DNA of 21,921 bases from an uncultured archaeon (GTDB lineage Archaea > Asgardarchaeota > Lokiarchaeia > Sigyniarchaeales > SOKP01): NCBI GenBank assembly GCA_964583985.1, contig CAZOYD010000059.1, forward strand, positions 1 through 21,921, read 5' to 3'. Below, one piece after another: positions 1 through 7,641 of the stretch (its first letter is position 1; every line of letters starts with the position of its first letter). A model generated the notes under the pieces. The model searched no databases and had not been told where the DNA came from. It worked only from the letters and a program-made list of their open reading frames with translations. The position numbers were made by a program, and so were the translations under genes.

Positions 1-231
1 ATTTTCAAAAAAAATTTTAAGCAAGTCGAAGTAGTTCAAATTGTTTATGACTTCAGGGATTATTTGGAAAATAGTGGAGCACTTGGACTTAAAAAAGTTA
101 ATAATAGAGAGATTAATCAATTTTTAAAAAAGAAAAAAATTAAAGATGAATACCTTCCATCATCTCAAATATCAACTAGTAAAGTCAATTTAGATGAAAA
201 AAATGACTCTCAAGAGGAACCTACATTATAA
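1..231 (+). CDS. 3' end of a protein-coding gene entering from the left edge (unknown product)
   Basis: Frame 1 is open from base 1 to TAA at 229-231 (IFKKNFKQVEVVQIVYDFRDYLENSGALGLKKV...EEPTL*). It ends 6 nt before the next ATG, suggesting an operon. Confidence 0.75.
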   Translation: MFKKNFKQVEVVQIVYDFRDYLENSGALGLKKVNNREINQFLKKKKIKDEYLPSSQISTSKVNLDEKNDSQEEPTL

Positions 232-237
232 CTGCAC

Positions 238-975
238 ATGATTGTTTACAATAAACATCTTGAAGATTATATCAAAAAAGAGAACCATGATGCAATCAAT
301 GAATATTTGATTGAGATTAGTAAAAGCCCTCAGCTCAAAAATCTATTAGATGTTGAATATCTTATAAATAACTCTCCAGATTCTTTCCTTTATCATTTCG
401 TTATTAATCTTATATATCTTTTGGGTGAAATTAGTAGAAATCACTTTTTGAGTGATTATTATATAAAGTTCTTGATTGAAACATTTTTCAAATCTGATCG
501 TTGGATTCGTAAAGAAATCCTCTCAAATTTCTTAAAATCAATAAGAATTGATGATTTATTTCAAAAAATTTCAGATGTTATAGAATTTGCTCTAGTTGAT
601 GATTATGAACCCATAATATTTGACGCTCTTATGCTTACATATCATGCAAAAAAAATTCCCGATCGCTTTTATCCAAAGATCATCAAAAATTTAGACTCGA
701 AAAATTCTAAAATCGTTCAAGAATCTATAAAAGTTTTAAAGAAATATGTAAAATCTACTGATATGCTCTATGAGATTCTATTAAAAGAGAATAGCATCAA
801 TTTGTATCGTAAACCAATTTTGAGAAGTCTTTTAATGATTTTTTTTGATGAAGTACATCAAGTAGAAGAATTTAAGGTAAAAATTATGAATTCTGATTTG
901 GATTTAGCAACAAAGAAATCTGTAATTTCAGAAATTAATATTTACAGGAGCATTTTACAAAAAAGGATTTCATAA
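238..975 (+). CDS. HEAT/ARM-like alpha-helical repeat protein
   Basis: 245 aa. Repeated helix-pair signatures typical of HEAT repeats: IYLLGEI, SDRWIRKEILSNF, FALVDDYEPIIFDAL, KNLDSKNSKIVQESIKVL. Confidence 0.6.
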   Translation: MIVYNKHLEDYIKKENHDAINEYLIEISKSPQLKNLLDVEYLINNSPDSFLYHFVINLIYLLGEISRNHFLSDYYIKFLIETFFKSDRWIRKEILSNFLKSIRIDDLFQKISDVIEFALVDDYEPIIFDALMLTYHAKKIPDRFYPKIIKNLDSKNSKIVQESIKVLKKYVKSTDMLYEILLKENSINLYRKPILRSLLMIFFDEVHQVEEFKVKIMNSDLDLATKKSVISEINIYRSILQKRIS

Positions 976-2199
976 TTTTTTAGGTTCATATTCCTCCAAA
1001 ATAAATCTTAAATCATCATTTGAAAAAATAATTTCATTAAAGACTTTTATCAGAAGTTTGATAATTTCACGAGGATTCCCATTTGTTGTGGAGTAAATGG
1101 TTTTTAAAAACTGCTTATTTAGAGGAAAGTAATCAAATTCAGCTTTTGCTAATTTTGTGAGCCCTAAGTTTTCTAAAAAGTGCTTCATGTTGTTTGTGTA
1201 AAAATCATAGATATCATCTTCTGTAAAATTTTCAATATAGATCGGATCAATAAACTTAATTTCTTTGTCTTTACTCAATTCTTGAAAACTTTTTTTAATT
1301 TCTTCAAGAGAACGATCTGATTTTAAAGTAATGATTAAGTGCAATCGTTTAATGGATTGTAATTTTATGATTTTCTGTAATAATTTTTGCGAAGAAATTT
1401 TTTCTGGACTTTGACTTTGACCATATAACCAACTTGGATCAAATATTTCCTCAGTATCACTATCTTTTGGTTTCAAAATTGAAATTATTCTTTCAAAATC
1501 ATCAATAAATAAAACGGAACCTAATTTAGAATTTTCAATAAGAAGTTTAAGCATGACATATGCAGCTTTACCCTTTCTTAAATCATATCTCAATTTTAAT
1601 CGCGATAGTTCTCTCACGTTCATTAATTCTCCTAATAACCAACCTTCCGCTTCGATTTTTTTAAACGGATCGAGTTGATGAGTGACTATTCCATTTATAA
1701 CATCAATTAGAGTAGCTTGTTCATCACTTTCAAACTGATTTTTTAATTTTTGGATAGCAATTTTTTTTACTTTGTCAATATCTGCAATATGAAAAAAACC
1801 ATAAATTCTATCAAGTGCGCCCCAATCATCACATAATTGGTTTACAATGAATCGTAATGGTTCTACTCCAATAGCATCAATAAATTCTGAATAAGTACTA
1901 TAGAAAAATTTCTTATAAACTGTATCTAATGAAATATAAATCGTGTTATAATAATAAAGGATGTTTTTTAGAGCCCAAAATAAATGTGTTTTACCCGTGC
2001 CTACATTTCCTATAATGGGTAATATAAAATTATCCTCATCTTTGATAATTTGAACAATATGTTGAAGTGTGGGTTTACGAGAATTAACCAAACCTAAATC
2101 TTCCTTTATTTCTCCCGTACTTACAAATTTCTTAAAGGGATTAATACCTATTTTTAAAATATTAAGCAGTTTTGCTTTTTTATTCTCGTAAAGTAACAT
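970..2199 (-). CDS. P-loop/AAA+ ATPase (BrxD/DUF2791-like or STAND/Cdc6-like)
   Basis: N-terminal NPF, Walker A GNVGTGKT, long helical insert, Walker B VLFIDDFE, C-terminal TNGNPREII motif. Confidence 0.8.
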   Translation of the reverse strand: MLLYENKKAKLLNILKIGINPFKKFVSTGEIKEDLGLVNSRKPTLQHIVQIIKDEDNFILPIIGNVGTGKTHLFWALKNILYYYNTIYISLDTVYKKFFYSTYSEFIDAIGVEPLRFIVNQLCDDWGALDRIYGFFHIADIDKVKKIAIQKLKNQFESDEQATLIDVINGIVTHQLDPFKKIEAEGWLLGELMNVRELSRLKLRYDLRKGKAAYVMLKLLIENSKLGSVLFIDDFERIISILKPKDSDTEEIFDPSWLYGQSQSPEKISSQKLLQKIIKLQSIKRLHLIITLKSDRSLEEIKKSFQELSKDKEIKFIDPIYIENFTEDDIYDFYTNNMKHFLENLGLTKLAKAEFDYFPLNKQFLKTIYSTTNGNPREIIKLLIKVFNEIIFSNDDLRFILEEYEPKKL

Positions 2200-2203
2200 T
2201 AAT

Positions 2204-2208
2204 ACCTC
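2204..2208 (-). promoter_or_regulatory. Shine-Dalgarno site (GAGGT) for the ATPase, overlapping the TGA stop of the upstream gene
   Basis: The minus strand reads TTGAGGTATTAATG. TGA (2209-2207) overlaps GAGGT and the ATG is at 2199. Confidence 0.55.
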
Positions 2209-2839
2209 AAATCTTTAGTTCTTCTATTCCTAAAATGATGATGAATTCAACAGCTTTATCATCAACATTAGTTAATGGTTCATAGCTTACTTTTAAATTC
2301 TCTTTTTCATCCCTTCCAACAATTAAACAATCATAAAATACGGGATCTCCCTGATCATCAATAACCACGCGATCCGCAAGAATAATTCCATTATTAATTA
2401 GAGAAATAGGATTATTAAGTATTTCTCCATGGAAAAAATCAAAGTGGTTGATGCCATATTTATAATCATCTAAATATAGCCCTGATGTATGTAACAAATT
2501 TATAGTAAAGGGAAATGTATCAGAAAATTGTCCTTCATCATACAAAAACATTATGTCATCTGGAATTCTTACACAATATTCTATTGTAGATAAATCACTA
2601 ATGGTAAAATTGTCTAATTTACGGGAGAAAGCAGATGACTTATGATTGAGAATTTCAAAACCAATAGTTAATCCCTTTTCAAAAAATAAACCATTATCTT
2701 TGGATATTTTAACTTGATCTGAAAAGATAACGGATTTACGATCATCCTTATATTTAGTTATTATAGATCCCAAGTATTCTCCTTCTATAATGATACCTTG
2801 GATCAAATCGTATAGTACAATTTCATTTATATGGCTCAT
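2207..2839 (-). CDS. Hypothetical protein, acidic, co-transcribed with the ATPase
   Basis: 210-aa ATG-started ORF ending 7 nt before the ATPase start. No motif recognised. Confidence 0.8.
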   Translation of the reverse strand: MSHINEIVLYDLIQGIIIEGEYLGSIITKYKDDRKSVIFSDQVKISKDNGLFFEKGLTIGFEILNHKSSAFSRKLDNFTISDLSTIEYCVRIPDDIMFLYDEGQFSDTFPFTINLLHTSGLYLDDYKYGINHFDFFHGEILNNPISLINNGIILADRVVIDDQGDPVFYDCLIVGRDEKENLKVSYEPLTNVDDKAVEFIIILGIEELKI

Positions 2840-2968
2840 AATGGTTATAAGGCATTCAATTATCTAAAATAAAAATGAAATAACGAAATAATTTGCATTA
2901 ATATTATATATCAATGGTATTATAATTATTTATTACTTCAGTATGGTTAAATTTATAATTCTAATCTG

Positions 2969-4213
2969 ATGAATTTAGCTAATACATCCAATAAGGTCTT
3001 GGATTTATCAAAGAAAGAATTATTAGAAAGAACTTCTAAGTTCATTTTTTCTACTGGATTAAATGATGGCGCTTCAAGATTATGCAAAGCTAATATGAAA
3101 TATGGTTTGGCTCAATTTCAAGTTATTCAAGAAAAATATGGGATTGAACCAAAAGCATCCTTTATTTCCTCCCCCGATGAAACAATTTCTCGAAATAATT
3201 TTCGATGGAGTTCTGGTTTGGGATATGGAGGAAGAATAAACTGGGGAAGTGGAAAAGAAAGGCTCGTTTTTTTGAACATGAAACCAAATTGTTGCGGAAT
3301 TTTGGTGGGTGGGTTGAATAAACTTCCGGATCCATTTGATATTATCAAGGAAATTGACAAAATTAAATCAATGGAATTATATCATGAAAATATTCTTCTA
3401 AATTGGGATTACGGAGTAAGCAACCATTTTATTAATTGTTTTGAGTTGAAAAACTTATCGGATATGAACTTACCCCCATATGTATTTTTAATCCACGGCT
3501 CTGCTCCTGAGTTTCGTAATGATTTATATGGAATAGGCTTGTATATAGATGAATCATCGATTCTTAAACAAATGGCAATTGAAGAAACAACCCCATTTGG
3601 AAAACAATATATATTAACTGACTCACAAGCAAAAGAATACATGAAATTTCACTTAAAAGCATTAAAATTTTCAAATATTAAGAGAGAAATGATTGCAAAA
3701 CAGATTTTTGGAAATGATTTTTATGTAATTTGTAATCAACCTCACCAATTCTTAAAAGATTATAATAACATGTATCTCGGATGTTGTTGTACTGATATAA
3801 ATTGCGACCTTGTTGAAAATGATATATTTCCAACTGTTTTAAGGGCTGATATAACTTGTTACTTGTTTAAAGGTAAACCAAATCTTTCAGAACAAGTTAT
3901 TAAAACTTTTAATTTTAAGGAAAATGCTGAAAGATTCGGATTAATGGATCTTTTAAAGAATGCGAATATTCTAGCGCATGGTGGGGGTTATTCTTTTCCA
4001 GATATTAAAAGAGTACAAAAAGTTTTAGAGTATAAAGATCAAAGGTATTTTGTGTGTGAATTAAAAGAAGATACAAGTAAACTTAAAATTGTGCGGAATG
4101 TTAAAGAGTTGCAATTTGAATATAGGGGAAGAGATGTTATTTTAAAATCTCTTCAATTGAATCTTGGAGAAATCATCGCAAGATTAAATCCGATATTTTC
4201 ACTCAAATTATAG
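2969..4213 (+). CDS. Divergent RtcB-like (RNA ligase fold) protein
   Basis: RtcB motifs in the canonical order: SPD..GYGG, NCCG, SNHF, IHGS, PHQ, AHGGG (guanylylated His position), YRG, C-terminal ARLNPIFSLKL. Confidence 0.7.
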   Translation: MNLANTSNKVLDLSKKELLERTSKFIFSTGLNDGASRLCKANMKYGLAQFQVIQEKYGIEPKASFISSPDETISRNNFRWSSGLGYGGRINWGSGKERLVFLNMKPNCCGILVGGLNKLPDPFDIIKEIDKIKSMELYHENILLNWDYGVSNHFINCFELKNLSDMNLPPYVFLIHGSAPEFRNDLYGIGLYIDESSILKQMAIEETTPFGKQYILTDSQAKEYMKFHLKALKFSNIKREMIAKQIFGNDFYVICNQPHQFLKDYNNMYLGCCCTDINCDLVENDIFPTVLRADITCYLFKGKPNLSEQVIKTFNFKENAERFGLMDLLKNANILAHGGGYSFPDIKRVQKVLEYKDQRYFVCELKEDTSKLKIVRNVKELQFEYRGRDVILKSLQLNLGEIIARLNPIFSLKL

Positions 4214-4214
4214 A

Positions 4215-6266
4215 TTATTCAATTTTTGCTCCAGGAGAAATGTTTTTATCTGGAGTTAATATTGAAACACTATCTCCATCAACCGCTGCAAGAAGCATTC
4301 CTTGACTTTCGATTCCTCTTAATTTCCTTGGTTCTAAATTTGCTAATATCACAATTTTTTTCCCTTTTAATTCTTCAACTTTATAATGTTCTGCTAATCC
4401 AGCAACGAGAGTTCTTTTCTCGGTTCCTAAATCGATAGTTAATTTGAAAAGTTTATCTGCCTTAGGTACTTTTTCAATTTCTTCTATTAATGCAACCCTT
4501 ATATCTAATTTCTTAAAATCTTCATACGATATCAATTCATGTTCACTTTTTTCTTTATTTTCTTTTATGGTTTCAAGCTTTTCTTGAAGTTCTTTAACAT
4601 CCAATTTTTGGAATAAAGGCATAGGTTTTTTTATTTTTTGACCTGCCTTGATCGCGTTTTTATTTATATCTTGCCACTTAATATTTGAATCGAGGTTTAA
4701 ATATGATAAAATTTGAAAACTCGTATCAGGAATGAATGGATTTAATAAAATTGCAAAAGCGTGAACTGCTTGGGTACAAATATTGAAAACTTGACCAGCT
4801 TTAACTTTATTTTCTTTGATTAAATGCCAAGGTGCTTTTTCATTTAAATAAATATTACACTCTTTTCCAAAACTTGCAATATCTCTTATGGATTTCCTAA
4901 TTTTAAAATTCAACATATTTTCTTCAGTTGATCTTGCTATTTCTTCGATTAGATCTAAAAATTGTTCATCTATTTTATCAGTTTTAGATCTTTCTGGAAC
5001 TTCGCCCTTAAATTGCTTTTCTATAAATGTTAAAGTCCTGTGAATGAAGTTTCCTATATTATCATTTAATGTCTTAATATTATTTTCAAATTCCGTCCAT
5101 AAGAATGATGTATCACTAGTTTCAGGTCTATTGTAAAGCAAAGAGAAACGCCAATAGTCTAAAGGAGCAAGTTCTAATGCATCATCAATCCAAATTCCTA
5201 TACCTCTCGATTTAGAAAACTTGGTATTCTCATACATTAACCATTCTGTTGAAGATACGTTATATGGTAAAACAAATTTCTCATCTTCGGCTTTATCTTT
5301 ATTATAACCTAATAACAATCCTGGAAATATGATTAGATGAAATGTAATATTATCCTTTCCAATAAAGAAGACCGTTCGTGTATTTTTATCTTTCCAGAAA
5401 TAATCAAATTTTTCGGGTTTTTTAATGATCTTTTCAGCCCATTCTTTAACCGCTGAAATATATCCCAAGACAGCTTCAAACCAAACATAGATCGTTTTAT
5501 TATTAGCACCATCGAATGTCGCAGGAATACCCCATTCTAAATCTCTAGTTATTGCTCGTTCAGGAATTCCTTCTGAAATGCTATTTAAACACATCTGACG
5601 AGCATTTTGAGGTATTAATTCATTTTTATCAATAAAATCCGCAATCAAATTCTGCATTTTTGGAAAATCGAAGTACCAATGCTTTGTCTTTTTAATTATT
5701 GGATAATTACCACAAATCGCACATCTTGGTTTTTTTAATTCTAATGGGGTTAATAATTTTTGACAATTATCACATTGGTCTCCTCTCGCATCTTCAAATT
5801 CACAGTGGGGACAAATGCCTTCCACAAATCTATCTGGGAGATATAAATCATCCGTTTCGCAATAAAAAGACTCGATTTCTTTTTCAAAGATATACCCATT
5901 TTTTTGTACATCCATATAAAAATTCTGGACAAATTCAATATGAATAGGATTATGAGTAACAGTATAGTTATCATATGAAAGTTTCCATTTTTTAAATAGA
6001 TCCTTAATGATTTCGTGATTTTTAAGAGCCAAATCTTTAGTGGACTTGCCAAGCTTTTTAGCCTCAATTGCAACTGGAGTACCATGAGAATCCGATCCCG
6101 ATACAAATACAACCTCATCTCCTCTTAATCTTAAGAATCTAGCAAATACATCTGCAGATAATGTACTTCCTATCATGTTTCCTAGATGAGGAACCGCATT
6201 CACATAAGGCCACGCACTTGTAATTACCCATTTACTTTTTTTTTCTGAAACGTTTAAAACCTCCAT
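4215..6266 (-). CDS. metG: Methionine--tRNA ligase with C-terminal tRNA-binding OB domain
   Basis: ITSAWPYVNAVPHLGN (HIGH), GSDSHGTP, Zn knuckle CPHC..ARGDQCDNC, ITRDLEWG, YVWFEA, GKDN, KFSKS (KMSKS), C-terminal DFKKLDIRV...NLEPRKLRGIESQGMLLAA. Confidence 0.98.
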   Translation of the reverse strand: MEVLNVSEKKSKWVITSAWPYVNAVPHLGNMIGSTLSADVFARFLRLRGDEVVFVSGSDSHGTPVAIEAKKLGKSTKDLALKNHEIIKDLFKKWKLSYDNYTVTHNPIHIEFVQNFYMDVQKNGYIFEKEIESFYCETDDLYLPDRFVEGICPHCEFEDARGDQCDNCQKLLTPLELKKPRCAICGNYPIIKKTKHWYFDFPKMQNLIADFIDKNELIPQNARQMCLNSISEGIPERAITRDLEWGIPATFDGANNKTIYVWFEAVLGYISAVKEWAEKIIKKPEKFDYFWKDKNTRTVFFIGKDNITFHLIIFPGLLLGYNKDKAEDEKFVLPYNVSSTEWLMYENTKFSKSRGIGIWIDDALELAPLDYWRFSLLYNRPETSDTSFLWTEFENNIKTLNDNIGNFIHRTLTFIEKQFKGEVPERSKTDKIDEQFLDLIEEIARSTEENMLNFKIRKSIRDIASFGKECNIYLNEKAPWHLIKENKVKAGQVFNICTQAVHAFAILLNPFIPDTSFQILSYLNLDSNIKWQDINKNAIKAGQKIKKPMPLFQKLDVKELQEKLETIKENKEKSEHELISYEDFKKLDIRVALIEEIEKVPKADKLFKLTIDLGTEKRTLVAGLAEHYKVEELKGKKIVILANLEPRKLRGIESQGMLLAAVDGDSVSILTPDKNISPGAKIE

Positions 6267-6363
6267 GTGTTACATTAAATTATAAATGAAAACTTTCTAA
6301 AAAAGTTGGTCGTTTTGTTATTCAATAAGAATGGAATAAAATGAGAAAGATTTAATAACAAAT

Positions 6364-7542
6364 TTAAGAAAATGAAATTTTAGCACCACAATTTCTGCAC
6401 GCTTGTATTTCATTATTCATCTTTTCTAAACAAGGTTCGTGGTAATAACTTTTACACTTTTCGCATTGGTAAACCTTATAATCTCCTAAAAATATGCTAT
6501 AACAATAGCTACAAGAAACATTAATCTCAGATACATTTTCTTCACTAATTAGCACCATGTGTGTAGTTTTATCATCATCTTGAGATAAGAGTCTAATTTT
6601 AGGTTCCTCTTCGGTCTTTTCTTTAATAAGTTTAGTTGCATATGCAGGAAGTTCAAGCAAAAAGTAGCAAAAAGGGCATCTAAAAATATTTTCATTGTAT
6701 TCTGTTTTTTTAGCCCACATTGTAGCACATGATATGTGCATTGGACGTTCACATGAAGGACAATAACGCCCTTCAGAATAAAAATCAGCATCTGTCATCG
6801 GAGCTTTAAGAGAATGACAGATTTGACACTTTTCTTGACCCAAACCATTTTTACTCATCATTAAACGAATATCTAAAACCGATGGTCTCCTTAGCGGTAG
6901 TGCAATTTCATTTATCAAGGGTGCGATTTTTTCTTGTTTATCAGGAGAAAAGTAATCATTAGTCGTTTTACTCGCTTTTTTTGACGCGAAAGAAATCCCT
7001 GCATTCAATATAGCTTTTGAATTATTAAAAAAACCATATTCTCCTCCAGTATTTTTAGCTATTTTTTTGAAAATATTCTCAGAATAGACCTCTTCTGTTC
7101 CTAATTGAAAAGTATCAATAAAAATGCCTAATCCCGCTGCGATCGATATTAATTTTTGAAGTTTGGTATCGAAATTTAATTTGCTGTCTGAGATTATCAA
7201 AATTCGCTGCGTTTTTCCCCCCAACTTGCGCATTTCTTCTACTAATAATTGTAAAGCAAACGCTATTCCTTCATGTAATTGACCATTACCTCCAAGTTGG
7301 ATCTTTTTAAGAGTATTTACCAGAATATCTTCTTGATAACTAAATGGGCTTAATTTAGTAATTTTATCTCCAAAGGAAAGAAGTGCGATTCTATCTTTTG
7401 GATCAATTGTAAATTTTGCATGAATGAAATTTTTAACCGCATTCAGAGCTATAGTTAATCGATTCGGTCTAAAATCCTTTCGAACCATCGATCGTGAAAC
7501 ATCGATTAAAATTACAGTATCTTCAGTTTTTATATCGTGCAC
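6364..7542 (-). CDS. vWA-domain protein (Ssl1/p44- and Rpn10-like) with two C-terminal C4HC3 RING/PHD-type zinc fingers
   Basis: GTG start. MIDAS DVSRS followed by DFRPNRL, and a vWA ending in IAKNTGGEY. Finger 1: CQIC..CPSC..HISC..W..CPFC. Finger 2: CSYC..CEKC..HEPC..CRNC. Confidence 0.85.
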   Translation of the reverse strand: MHDIKTEDTVILIDVSRSMVRKDFRPNRLTIALNAVKNFIHAKFTIDPKDRIALLSFGDKITKLSPFSYQEDILVNTLKKIQLGGNGQLHEGIAFALQLLVEEMRKLGGKTQRILIISDSKLNFDTKLQKLISIAAGLGIFIDTFQLGTEEVYSENIFKKIAKNTGGEYGFFNNSKAILNAGISFASKKASKTTNDYFSPDKQEKIAPLINEIALPLRRPSVLDIRLMMSKNGLGQEKCQICHSLKAPMTDADFYSEGRYCPSCERPMHISCATMWAKKTEYNENIFRCPFCYFLLELPAYATKLIKEKTEEEPKIRLLSQDDDKTTHMVLISEENVSEINVSCSYCYSIFLGDYKVYQCEKCKSYYHEPCLEKMNNEIQACRNCGAKISFS

Positions 7543-7641
7543 TATCGAATTAATTTAATTACTTTATTTTAAAACTATTAAGAAAATAAGATCTTAAATA
7601 AATTGTTATTTCATTTTGTTTATGTTCATTTCTCTTTGATT

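Noticed and set aside
970-2199. BREX defence system
   Set aside because: Only a loosely BrxD-like ATPase is present, with no pglZ, pglX, brxC or helicase in the window.
3127-3642. Minus-strand ORFs 3127-3360 and 3409-3642
   Set aside because: Antisense shadows of the RtcB-like gene with no motifs.
4226-6118. ORFs 4226-4438, 5699-5947 and 5750-6118
   Set aside because: Fully inside metG, antisense or alternative frame, with atypical composition.
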